From assembly GCF_963853765.1 (NCBI RefSeq), contig NC_088855.1, forward strand, positions 47,616,001-47,680,000: DNA of 64,000 nt, in the 5' to 3' direction. The stretch's first letter is position 1; every line of letters starts with the position of its first letter. The notes beneath the pieces were generated by a model, which saw nothing but the letters and a program-made list of their open reading frames with translations, did no database searches and had not been told where the DNA came from. This stretch comes from Magallana gigas. Its lineage: Eukaryota. The translations under genes and the position numbers were made by a program. Of the stretch, positions 13,604 through 26,135 are shown one piece after another.

Positions 13604-15466
13604 ATGTTATTGAGCAGAGTAAATGTTGAGCGGATTTTGGCCCTCATTGTAGGGTGTCTCGGGATGATAGCCGCGGGCTCCGTCTATGCTTTTGGGGCCT
13701 ACATCAATGCCGTTAAAGCCCATTTCAACTACACACAATCCCAAGGTATCAATATTTTTCGAACTCAACGATAGATAAGAATTGCATGGTTTTTATTTAA
13801 ACGGAAACCCTTTAAATGATGTTTTGGAGGAAACTTTTACAGGAGAGAACGTTTCTTAGCCCTTGTGATAAAGTTGAAAGGTTGATTCTGTAACCGCGAG
13901 TAATATAAATCGAATATCATTTTAGTGGAAATTCTCGAATCAAAGTCTAATTTTGGAATCTCTATCTTTTTTGTTAAAAAACGAAACCCTTAAGCTTAAA
14001 ATGATGTTTCGGAGGAAACTCTTGAAGAAGAAAACGATTCTTGACCCTAGCGATAAAGTTGAAAGATTGATTCTGTAACCGCGAGTAATATAAATCGAAT
14101 GTCATTTCAGTGGAAATTCTCGGATCAATGTCTAATTTTGGAATCTCTCTTGGTTTTCCTGCTGGAATGATGTGTGAGAGATTTGGTCCGAGATGGACCT
14201 CATTGGCTGCTTTACTCATTGCCTCACTCGGATACTCTCTTCTTTATAGCACCACCCTGACACAGCCGTTTTACCACAAAAATGTCTGGCTTCAGTATAT
14301 TTACTTTTTCATATCAGGTCAGTAAACGATAGTAATTTAGTCCCCATTTCTTAATTAATAATTCATTTTGCTAGCATAATCAATTAAGTGAGTCAAATTC
14401 TCATTTTTATTTATTTTTAATAGGATTTGGATGTATATTTATGTACATGGCATCATTAACGACCAGTATGAATAACTTTCATCCCAAACACCGGGGCAAG
14501 GTGGTGGGTATCCTTGATGCCTCTTTTAGCGGGGGACCGGCACTGTTCTCTGCACTGTATGGAACGGTTTTCGCTGTAGGCCACACAAAGGACGAAGAAA
14601 ACCAGAACCTTGGAGGTTTTTATCTCATGACAGCTATAGCATTTGGTGTTGTTGGAGCTCTTGGGATACTTTTGCTGAAACATGTGACGTTTGATATAGA
14701 CATTGAAGTGAGTAAAATTATCAACGCTGACGGTGGGGAGGAGGAGGAGGATCAAAGGACAACTGTACAGGCAAAACCCGAGCAGAGAGAAATCACAGGG
14801 GTAAAGTTAATCCGGAGGTTTGATTTCCACTACTTACTCTGGGCTTACATCTTCTGTGCTGGCCTGCAGCTGACGTTTCAAAACAATCAGGGAACCTACC
14901 TTAAATCGTACAATCTGGAGAAATACACCACACTTTTTACGACATTGAATCCCATTGCTGGAATTGTTTCCAAATTTTTTGCCGGTTTTCTTTCGGACGC
15001 CATAATGCACAAAGTTCCGAGAGCCGGGGTACTCTTGATTTTCAATGTGGTGCAAACAATATGCCTTGGATTGTGTATATTCTTTTCTGACAACCTCGTT
15101 CTATTCACCATTGTAGATATAGTTATAGGTTTTGCGAATGGCGCCCTCTGGTGTCTAACACCTACAATGATAAGTGAATTCTACGGCATGAAGAATTTTG
15201 CCCGAAATTGGGGAACCATGATGCTTGGAAATGCTTTCGGTGGCCTTGCAATGCAGGAGATATTCGGTGCTTTATATGATCTGAAAACGGACTCAGACAA
15301 TCAGTGTTTCGGCCTGCATTGCTTCACATGGAGCTTTATAATGATCACAGTTTTAAGTTTATGTGCAACCGTATTTCACTTTGGACTGCTGCAGAAAAAG
15401 CTTGATGAAACGAAATACGAGGGTGAGAATGATTATGTCGAGATGTGCTGTACACCAGGTATTTAG
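13604..15466 (+). CDS. MFS transporter, nodulin-like/MCH1/NFD4-like family, paralog 1
   Basis: Exons 13604-13745, 14111-14317, 14424-15466 (GT-AG, in frame). Motifs [39 protein letters not shown]; about 12 hydrophobic segments. Confidence 0.88.
13800..14150 (+). repeat. ~180-bp direct tandem duplication spanning the intron 1/exon 2 junction of MFS paralog 1
   Basis: 13800-13965 matches 13981-14150 (shared GATTCTGTAACCGCGAGTAATATAAATCGAAT...AG|TGGAAATTCTCG). Confidence 0.9.
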
Positions 15467-16189
15467 ACTACCTTGATATTGCATCTTCTTTCTCTGTATG
15501 ATTTCTAAACTGTTACATGTACATTCGTATACAATGTGCATAATTTCAAAGCGACGGAACAATAAAAGATTTGGAATTAAGTGCCATAATAAAAGCAATA
15601 AAATAGTTATTTGTATACATTAGAGCTCACCCCCGGTCATAAAAATAAATGTATAAATGCAAACAGAATAAAGTAATTCTAGATATTTCATTTTATATGA
15701 CCTTTAAACTTACATGTGCTATTTCTCCTTTGTATAGCATTAAAATGTATCATTTTGTTTCATGGCTATATTTGGATGTTAAACAGTCATTCTATGTTAA
15801 TGAGTATTTCTATGTTATTGAGTATTTATATTTTTTTTAGTATTTATTCATCAATGTTGTTGATCTGTGTTACATGCCTTCTTTACACTTTTTTTTATAT
15901 CAAATAAATACCTGTACACGTTTAAAACTACAAGTTACATGTAATTGGTTTCTCTCGATAGTTTGAACAAAAACCAAAATCTGGTTTTCATAAAATGATT
16001 TCATATTTCTTATATTTACATTTGTTGTAGATGGACAAAACGAAACTTCATTGAAATACTGAAGTAAGAACTGCCATGTTTGGTATAAATGAAATGCCCA
16101 GCAACGACGCTGTCCCCTAATGACCACGTACACGGGATAAGATAGGAGGACAAACGTGAATCAGTGTTACTGCATGAAACAAAGTCTGT

Positions 16190-16860
16190 GTGGAATTTTG
16201 CATAAAACAAAATGTCGCCGATACTCCTTATAACATACTACATGAAGTATGTGATAAAACAAAGGACTATGTACTGTTTGAGCCTAAAATGGCCCCCTAA
16301 AATGAACGTTGTCATTTGACTGTAATTCTTTGTTTAATTTGTACACATATACATTTGAAGTTTGTTCATAATTTCATTTCGAATTTAGTGCCCACAATTT
16401 ATAAATATGACATCATAAAATTTACATTTTCCCGCCATTTTCTCATTTTTAGCATAAAACGGCTTGTTTTGAGGCAGTTTTTCTTTAAGGAAACATTGAG
16501 CGACTACTTGAACAAAAAAAAATATTTTCACCAAAGATGTATCTTCCCAATACTTATAAGTGACATAAAGTTCGTTCTTGTTCAAAGAGTCGCTCTATAT
16601 TTCCCATTCGAAAAAAGATAAGAAAAATGTCAATTTTTGGTTGATTTTGATTGAATTATAAAAATAGCGTCACTTCTGACGTCATATACTGCCAGTGAGT
16701 GCATATAAATCAAATAAATAGGTGAAAAACATATATTATATGTAAACTCTTTTATAAAATAACACAACAAATTAATGTACCTGAATCATTTCAAAAGTAT
16801 CGGATTTTTGGGGGCCAAATTTGACTAATATCATATATATTTCTTTGTTTTATTAACAAG
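16190..16860. repeat. Probable non-autonomous DNA transposon remnant
   Basis: Inverted motifs AAAATGGCCCC (~16287) / GGGGCCAAATTT (~16810); repeat-like composition; termini not resolved. Confidence 0.35.
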
Positions 16861-17127
16861 GGTTAAATAAATTGTATAAATTATATTTATGTATTCTGCG
16901 TTTTGCTTTTTTATGACATTAACATATACACGTTCTTCAGAAACGATATCTTCTCATCCTATAGTAACATTTATATTGGAATAAAAAGTTTAATTTAGAA
17001 ACGTAGATAAACCAAAACCAAGCAAAAATTCCTTTCCAAATAGAAAAAGAACCATCCACATGTTTTACAAAAGACATGTCAACGTTACATGTATTTTCAA
17101 TATTTTCATAAGGATTTATACTTATCT

Positions 17128-17250
17128 CAAAGGGGCGTGGTCACGAATTTGGTCATAATTTGTTGTTCCGTTTTAAACGTTCACAGTGCTTCAGTAAGGA
17201 GTTTCTTTGAAAAGAATTTTTTAAGAGTTTCTAGATTCCGATTTTACAAT
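17128..17250 (+). mobile_element. Truncated left end of the TTAA-flanked element family seen at 23771
   Basis: AAAGGGGCGTGGTCACGAATTT...CAGTGCTTCAGTAAGG matches 23770-23840. Confidence 0.7.
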
Positions 17251-18372
17251 ATATTATACATCTGTTTCAACGTTTACGGTAAGCATAGTCTTTACGAAAT
17301 TCGTTATAGGATTTTATGATGGATTCCTATCGTTCATATCGCGCTATTAATTGTCAATTTGTTCCTGGTTTTGAGTGTATATATACATACAGTTACATGT
17401 TACACTTTATATCTCTCTCAGATAAGTTGTACTGTCGCTCGCGGAAATCCCCCCTTTTCTATTTTAAATTTCAGTCGAATACATTACTTAAGATCCAAGT
17501 GGATATACTAACGATTTGGATTAGTTTGGATTAGTTTTGCTTTTAGATGTTAACACCTCCTCCTTTCTTCACCTCTATAAACGACCTTTGTCTGTCACCT
17601 GCATGATAATAAATTTATATTTCTGATTCACAACCGCACACCGTTGTTATTGGCCTTTGCTCAAGATAAACTTAATCATATATCATACGCACTTCCAATA
17701 TAGTTTATTAATACAACATATTTTTAAGACATAAAGGTAGCGGTGATTGTCTTTATGTTATCATAACACAATCTATATGTAGTTCGAACTTTGAGATTCA
17801 GATTTCTTACATCACTAAATTATTTAATTAATCTGGTTATTTACCGTCACGTGGTGCATGTGAATTAAACTTCCTTCTAAATTTTATGAATATGATTACG
17901 AGATTTCATCTTCCTTAACAAGCTACCAGAGATCTCGAACTTCCTTCGCACATCACCAATTAAATATGTACTATTACACATATGTAGCCTCTTTTTGCAT
18001 CTCTTTATACATGTACGTCATATTAGGTGTTCAAAATGTGATAAATGTACGTGTATTTAATTCAAGTATCTCTTGATATGATGGAATGTAATCGAGTTAT
18101 CAATAGACTTTGGCACTATCATTCATGTGGTGTGTCATATCAGGAAAGTGTTTATACCAGCGTTCGTTGAATGTTGACGAACTGCATTTATTCTCACAAA
18201 TAAATAAAACTTAAACAATACCGTCCACGGCAGGTACCTAGGAATGGGATGAGGCACCGGACCCCATTTCACTACGGTTTCAATGAGGTTAATTAATAAG
18301 GATTATTAACCTGACGTGGTTTTTTTTTTTTTTTAGACAAATCGCAGGTTGCTGTGATAAATATAACTGGCC

Positions 18373-20486
18373 ATGGATTGGTCACGGTCGGACACGGAGA
18401 GACTACTAGCTGTGTTTGTGGGGTTTCTAAGTATGATTACTTCGGGATCCACCTATGCATTTGGAGCTTTCACTAACGCCGTGAAGTCTCACTTTAACTA
18501 CACACAGTCAGAAGGTAGGGTGTCCATGACAAGTTTTTTTTTTCTAAAATACTAGTAATTCATCTCTTTATACCAATATTGTACATGTTGTTACTCAATG
18601 CAAACATAATCAATTTAATATTATACATGTAGTACATGAAGGCAAACCTTTTGCTAAAGTAATTGAACTCTATCTATTTTGATAACTTATATTTTATAAA
18701 GTACATGCCATCAACTACCTTGTGTATCAAATAGATGTATATTGAGGAAATCCAGTGAATGATAAATTACAAGTACCGAAGTACACATGAACTATAACGA
18801 TGAAAGTATTTTTTTTTTACTCACAAACTGCTTAATATTGACACATATTAATAGCAATGTAATATATTTAATGTTTGTTTTGTTTTAACTTTATTGATAG
18901 TTGAGTTCCTCAGCTCTATGCCAAACATTGGGATCTCGTTTGCTTTCCCTGCTGGCATTATTATCGAGAAATTTGGTCCTCGGTGGTCTACGCTTTGCGG
19001 CGCCATCTTTTCTTCCCTCGGCTATGGCTTGCTGTACAGTACAACATTGCAGCAACATTTCTACCACACAAAAGCCTGGCTCCAATGCGTCTACTTCTTT
19101 ATTGCAGGTACATACAATTAATTGGATAATAATAGATACACCACTTGAAACTTCTAAGTTAAATATTGCGACATTACAATTATTGTAAAGTTGGATAACG
19201 TGTATGTGCATAAATGATTCAATTGCATCCCTAAATAAAAGGAATAAAATCTTCTGTTCATTTTTCATTCAATGAACAACAAATTTTCATCAACTTTCAA
19301 TTCCATTTTCCTTTTTTAAAAAATAGTTTTTTTTACGAAAATATTATTCTATCTTCTTATAAAGTGTATGATGTTTTAATCAACAAAGATTGATAATGAT
19401 TATTTCCCTTCTTTTTTTTAAACTTTTGAAGATTAGTATATTTTACTTCTTTTATTCGAAGGCTTTGGAGCAACATTTTTCTACATGACACCGCTCGCAA
19501 TTAACATGGGAAATTTTCACCCTAAACACAGGGGTAAAGTAGTGGGGGTGATGGATGCTTCGTTCAGTGCTGGGCCCGCTATTTTTGCTGCCATTTATGG
19601 AACATTATTTGTAAAAGGACACGTTAACGATGAAGAAAATCAAGATTTAAAAGGCTTTTATTTCCTCAACATCATCTGTTCAGTGGCTGTTGGTGCGCTA
19701 GCACTTATCTTCATAAAGCGCATTTCCTATGAGTTTGACCTGGAAGTGACATGTATTGTTGATAATGATTTGAACAGCGATCCTGTTTTACCGAAATATG
19801 AAAATATTTCCCATAGAGAAATAAGTGGCTTGAAACTTCTTAACAGATTCGATTTCCATTATTTGTCATGGGCATGTTTCATTTGCGCAGGGTTACAGCT
19901 GATGTTCCAAAACAATCTTGGAACATACCTGAAGTCTTACGGATTTGAAAGCTACACGACGCTTTTTACTACTTTAAATCCAATCGCAGCCATCTTCTCT
20001 AAATTTTTCGCGGGATTTCTATCAGACGCCATTGCGGAATGGGTGCCAAGATCTGTTGTCTTGCTCACATTCAACCTTGCGCAGACTATAGATCTTGTCC
20101 TATGTATATTCTTTGCTAATAACTTTTCCCTTTTTTTAATCACTGACATCATCATAGGGTTCGCTAACGGCGCCGTCTGGTGCCTGACGCCGACTATGAT
20201 CAGCGAGTTTTATGGAATGAACAATTTTAGCCGAAACTGGGGCTTTATAATGCTTGGGAACGCTGTTCTGGGACTGGTTTACCAGGAGACCTTTGGCGTT
20301 CTTTACGATGTTAACACCAAAGAAACCAACCAGTGCTATGGCCTGCACTGTTTTACCTGGAGTTTTGTCATCATTGCTGTGTCCAGTTTTTGTGCTTCCA
20401 TTCTGAATATTGGATTACTACAGAAAAAGATAGACGAGAAAAAACACGACGGGGAATTCCCTAAAGCAGAATTGTGCTGTTTATAA
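18373..20486 (+). CDS. MFS transporter, nodulin-like/MCH1/NFD4-like family, paralog 2
   Basis: Exons 18373-18514, 18901-19107, 19462-20486; same intron positions and phases as paralog 1 and strong protein similarity ([24 protein letters not shown]). Confidence 0.88.
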
Positions 20487-20846
20487 ATAATCTATTTAAA
20501 ATCTAAAAAAAAGTTGTTTATTAGGGTATATGATGTTACATTTATGTACGGTAATAGATTTAAGATTTATCCATTCCTTCTACAAAATGACTGATCAAAA
20601 CAAATTTGATGACTATAGAAAATTAAAAAAAAAAATTAAAAGTAATGGAACTTTGTTAAAATGAAGTCAAACCGCTTGTTTAAGATAAGCATAGATTACA
20701 ACACCTTCGATTGGGCTATGCAGCCCCCCCCCCAAAAAAAAAACCCCTTAAAACCAAACAAAACGATGTAAACCTCTTCGGTATTTTATTTTTAAAACAA
20801 TACACTGTATGTTCCCTCCACCACCTGCTCCAATCCTCGGACACAT

Positions 20847-23800
20847 TTAACCTTTTGTTTTTAAGCATTCAAGAAACCCATTTTTACAAAAGCTGCAAAA
20901 TAAAAATATGGTAATTGTTACGGATGCTTATGAGGCAATTAATAACCAGAAAATTACATTACATCGCTTAAACTACCGGTATATTGAAATACAATTACCA
21001 ATGGAATTTGATTTCTTACCATTTTTTACCATCAAAGAACATGAATGCTCCCTCTGCTAATATGTATTTATCTAGGAGACACTCTCCAGTGGCTGAAGAC
21101 TGGTTGATCTGTTGGTCACGCAACACCACTAAAAATCAACGTTAATGAAACTATTAATGCTTATTTGTTGGCAAATAAAACCATTTTAACAAGGCCTTGG
21201 ACTCTCAGTAGAACGTAACTATCTATTGTTTTGCGTCAAAACAAGTTTGAAGTGAAATATACACCAACTGCGTTGTCTTAGCTTAAAAGCCAGACAAGTT
21301 TTGTTGATTTCAAAGAGCAATGTCTGGGTGCCAAGCAATAAAATAGACAGGCCTACGTCACAATGCTGTTTGACACCAACTACCCAAAGTCAAAGCTCTT
21401 GTTAAAATGGTTCTATTAGAAGTACCAAACGTTAATAGAGTTTTTGTTACCGCTTTCTTCATTCGGAACACAGTATCCTCGGTTCTGAATCCGTTTCCTT
21501 CTGTTACCCTTCCTGACGACATGACACGTGTATCCATGGGGACAAAGTAATGGATCTTCATTTTTTCCAACGCGAGATGTGGTACATGATTGGACTTAAA
21601 ATGAAACAGGTAAAATTATCTATTAGTATATAATAATACAAATGCTACAAACTTGAATTTTATTCTAAACAAGCTTCATTCATGTTTTCGAGAATCTTAA
21701 TATAAAGACGATTGAACGCAAAAATATATTTGGTATAAATTCTACAATCGCTGTTACTTAATGAAACCATAAAACAACAAATCGGTAGTTCACATACAGA
21801 TGTTCTTCATATGAAGTCTAAAATGCATTTACATGTTATTTTTGTTTGTTTTTATTTTATCACTCACGTTCATTGTTGCTTGCTGGCCCGTCAATAAGCC
21901 AGGACACCCCTGTAATCAATAAACAATTTTTTTTCATATACATTCTTCGTCTTGTGGAAGTTAATTAATAGCCAGGTCTTCGTTATATTTTAATATTAAT
22001 GTTTTGGATTATGAAAAATATGCTTACCCGATACCACTCTACTTCTAGGCTCTTTTATCCAGTCAAAAACTGAAGAAGAAAAACATTTAGTTATAGCATA
22101 ATACCAGTTCGTGTTAAAATTAAATTTTTACAGAAGAAGCGACTTACTGTAAACGTACTACATTTGGCTTTGTATTCTATTTAGCGCCTTTGGCGGGATG
22201 CGGCTTCCGCTAAATCGAGAACATGGCTAAACGTCATGCACACCATGCACATGTGATTAAGAATAGTCACATCCAGGAGTACGCTTATTCAAATCCACGC
22301 CAACTTGTTCAAAAACTAATTTTCGCCAAATATCGTACACGCCAAATATAATACATTTTACAGTATTCTCGAGTACCACGTACATGGGGGTGGATCTGGT
22401 TGCCTAGTGCACGTTTTGACACATCCATTAAAACAGCAGCGGTGATTCTTTTTGCGACAGTCGCTGTGACTAGAACACACCTTCTTCTTGCAGAATCCTG
22501 TTAATACTATATCAGGCACTGGACCACATTCACCGACGTTATCACTCAAGTCGAGGCTCCGAGGCTCATCTTTGATGTATTCATCGTCATCGTCATAATT
22601 CTGGAGAGAATTGTGATATGTTATTGTGCATTAAATTTTTCGTTGCAGCAGCGACTTAATACAAGTGATTTATCGTAAATAGCTATAACAGGGCTTATCT
22701 AAATGTCTATCACTAAAAAAATTTCTCGCCATGTGCATTGTAGTTAAAATAACATCATTTGATTTTTGTTATGATTTTAATTAAGGAATAAAGAATCATT
22801 CTTCGAGTATTATGATGTGATAATTTTGTTTTGGGCGTGATCAAATCCAATAAAGCCCGAAGGACATTATGATAGATTTGATCACGCCCCAACCGAAAAT
22901 ATCACATCATAATATTTAAAGAATGATTCCTTTCATTCCATTTTATTTATTATCATATTGTATAAAACAACATAGAGAAAATATACAATACAGACAATAT
23001 TATGCAAAAAGCAAGAGTGTATACTGTACACATCAACCTAAAGAGTTTACCTTTATTTACAATATTGATAAATTTACATGTTTTTATTTTATTAATAACA
23101 ACTAATTTGTTACATGAAAATAATTTTAAAAAATTGAAAGCATTTGGTCGTCTAAAATACATTGATGATACACATGCTATTCTATATTCTTTCAAATCTG
23201 GACACATCATAATATAGTAATATTCATCGCCAATGTTATTTTTACATGGATTGCAAAATCGTTGATTTCTAGGTACATTGTTCCATCTGCCTGTCTCAAA
23301 TGGCAGTTTATGATCGCTTGTTCTAAACCTAAGTAATGTAGTAATGTTATTCATATAAGCACCAGAATTTATGTAATTTCTAGATACAAAAATGTTATTG
23401 GTAAACAAATTATAGATCAACCCATTACTAGATGCGTTACAATCTGAGACCCAATTTTGTTGAAATTGGTCAATCAAAGTTTGCTTAACAACATTTAAAA
23501 TCCATTTTTCATTTTCTACATTATGCGTCAACCAGACATAGCTTAGACCACATTCATGTAAAATATTCTGTAAACATTCAACCCATTTGAAATTATAATT
23601 GTTGATTTGTGTTAGGCTATGTAAAAAAATATACAATATACATGACAATTTCGATTCTTTACCTTTCAACAATCTAATCCAAAAACTCAACATTCTAATT
23701 TTAACTTTCACACACAATGGGTATTTAGCAAGTTCACCGTAGATCATAAAATTTGGAGTGGACGTCTTAAAGGGGCATGGTCACGATTTTTGTCAATTTT

Positions 23801-24797
23801 TTTTTTTCGATTTTAATGTTTACAATGCTTCAGTAAGGCATTTTTAATAGGCAACCAAAATTTGAGGGTCATTTGTTGAGTTATAAGCGAGTTACAGAGC
23901 TTACAATTCTTCGCTATGTAAACAAAGCGTTTGTTTACATTTTGAACGTTGAAGTGAAAATTCCAGTTTTAGACCTCAAATAAATGTATTAATCGTTAGG
24001 AACTGTTTATGTATGCGTAAAATGAATAAGAAGACAGACAGATCAGGTTGAAAAAGATTTTTTAATAGTATATTGAGCCCATGTAAACAAAAACAGGGCA
24101 CGAGCCTTGTTTACATGACGAAGAATTGTGAGCCCTGTATTTTAAAACTCATCGACTGGCACCCAAATTTCATTTGATCATTAGAAATGTATTCCAAAAG
24201 CATTGTAAATAATAAAAGCAGACAAATAAAATTTGACCAAAATCGTGACCATGCCCATTTAAGACTAAGTACAAGTTTACAAAATTTAAGAAGCAATTTT
24301 TCAATGATACATAAGTTTTTAAACCCCCACAAGTCAGAACCATACAGTATAATTGGAACAATCATTTTATCGAACATATAAAATTTCGCTTTTATTTTCC
24401 AGACGGTTTTGAACTATATGAAATAATTATAAAAAATGGTGCTCGCGATTATATATTCTCGCGATTTAAAATACAAAACAGCGGAATCGCAGAAACTCAC
24501 GTAAAATAAGACATTAACAGTAATCGTTCCAGACAAACATCTTTTAACCTCATTCACTTCGAATTCACTTTAAAAAAATAACAAACGCATACATGTATTT
24601 GACACAATAAAAATCATTTAGATTAATTACACCCTGAAACATGTTTAATATAATTCCACATTACTTTTAGTTTATTCTCTGTAAACTCTTTTGTATTGGG
24701 GGGGGGGGGGGATACTAAAAATATTTTGAGACCCAACAATTTTTCTTAATAGGGCTAGAAACTCGTATACTAAAGCAATAATCTCTCTCTCTCTCTT

Positions 24798-24828
<31 letters not shown>

Positions 24829-26135
24829 TGACGCACGTGCGTACACATTACGTAGTTTATGCCACGATGTAGATCAATCCAACACGTGCGCGTTTTCTGT
24901 TTCAATGAACAACCTACCGAGCTATATAGATTTATGATCGGTACTTGTCTGGCGAGCGCGCTCCATGTCAATCAACTGGCCGTCTATTTATCTTGGTAAG
25001 TGCTTTCGCTAATGAAGGATGTACACAAGCAGCTAAGACAGGCAATATCAGCCAGAGTTTGGGTACGATATCGTATATATCTTTGATTTATTACTGTCTG
25101 GGGTTTGGCGATACTATTTAATTAATTTTGTAATGAATCTTAGGAATTTTCTTTCTAGTCTGTTCACAATACTTTAACTAAAAATAAACACCAACATTTA
25201 CAAACACCAGTTTGCAATACATTGATGCGATTGGCCTTTTATCTCATAACAAATATAAATTAACATGTTAAAAACGTAGAAATACATATGCATTTCTTAA
25301 CTATCGCACCTGTTTCTTTGGTCCAGAAATGCCAATCGATCTCGCCTGCAGTTTGTCTTTAGAAGTGAGAAAGATAGTGTTCTCGACTCGGGGAAATGAT
25401 AAGAAAATACTTCGGCTATCGTATCATTTGCAAAGAAAATCTCCCCTTTTTGCTTACTTGTGCTTATTTTAAAGCTAGAAATTTGAAATAAATATGGTTT
25501 GTTAAGTAAGAAACAAATTCAGATGGATGGGATTAAAAATAGTTTGAAAGTGAGTAAGAGCAAGCTTAATTAACGCAAGCATGGCGCTTGTGGTTCTACA
25601 AAGTATACCTCGGAATAACTGACACTCGCCGATGTTTTAAACAGTTTGTCTGGAGAAAGCTCTCCTTTGATCTTAATCTTATCAGCATTGTAAAGGGTAT
25701 AGCAGAATACAGAGAGCAGATTTTAAAGCTACTTTTTTGCTCAAGAGATCGGGAAAGAATCACAATGCATGCAGAACTGAAAGTGAAAAAAAATCTTGGT
25801 TTTGTAATGCTTTAGATGTAATCGGTTTTCGATGTTCCTCAAGCTTTTTTCATTCTAAATACGCAAACCCTTAATTCATATATTTATTACTAAAACACAT
25901 ATACGCAAATTAATGAATTAGAAAACGTTCGCGTTTCATATTTCATTTTTCTTTTAGATAATCAAATTATCTACACCAATTTAGATTTTTAACAAATACT
26001 TACAGCTTCGTCTGCTAACCATCTCGTTTTCTCGCGTGGAATCAGGAAATCTTGGACACTCTTTGCAGAATGGCTGGTCACCAAGTTAATAAAAACAAAA
26101 GAAATCAAATTAAAATGTTGAACAGTTAATTCCAT
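20847..26135 (-). CDS. WFDC1: WAP four-disulfide core domain protein 1 (ps20)-like, with C-terminal Cys-rich extension
   Basis: In-frame GT-AG exons 26135-26004 (signal peptide MELTVQHFNLISFVFINLVTSHSA), 22600-22384 (WAP: C..C..C CRKKNHRCCFNGCVKTC + PPP), 22069-22028 (FDWIKEPR), 21909-21868 (SWLIDGP), 21594-21451 (CTT...EDPLLCPHGYTCH...NRGYCV), 21128-21020, 20892-20847 (CFCKNGFLEC, stop). Motif order matches my recollection of vertebrate WFDC1 (LDWLVQPKPR, WLLDGP, PLLCPSGYECH, NRGQCV). Confidence 0.8.
22796..22926. repeat. ~130-bp imperfect palindrome (hairpin-type non-autonomous element)
   Basis: Arms ATTATGATGTGATAATTTTG..TTGGGCGTGATCAAATC / GATTTGATCACGCCCCAA..GAAAATATCACATCATAAT around a GCCCGAAGG-containing loop. 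Confidence 0.8.
22930..24377 (-). mobile_element. Decayed non-LTR retrotransposon (LINE) 3' fragment, C-terminal part of RT ORF
   Basis: ORFs 24111-24377 (PIILYGSDLWG...KFCKLVL) and 22953-23747 (STPNFMIYGELAKYP...LLRFRTSDHKLPFETGRW...RFC.PC..IGDEYY) join as SLKTSTPN once the 23771-24258 insert is removed; AATAAA plus simple-repeat tail at ~22930. Confidence 0.85.
23771..24258. mobile_element. TTAA-flanked MITE (Kolobok-like) inserted in the LINE fragment
   Basis: TIR AGGGGCATGGTCACGATTTT / AAATCGTGACCATGCCCAT; TTAA duplication at 23767-23770 and 24259-24262. Confidence 0.88.
24783..24826. repeat. (CT)n microsatellite
   Basis: Direct reading. Confidence 0.95.

Noticed and set aside
8091-16866. 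TTAACCCT (8091) and AGGGTTAA (~16859) as possible piggyBac ends of a large composite element
   Set aside because: Match is only ~8 bp and would enclose vigilin's first exon and an MFS gene; chance similarity.
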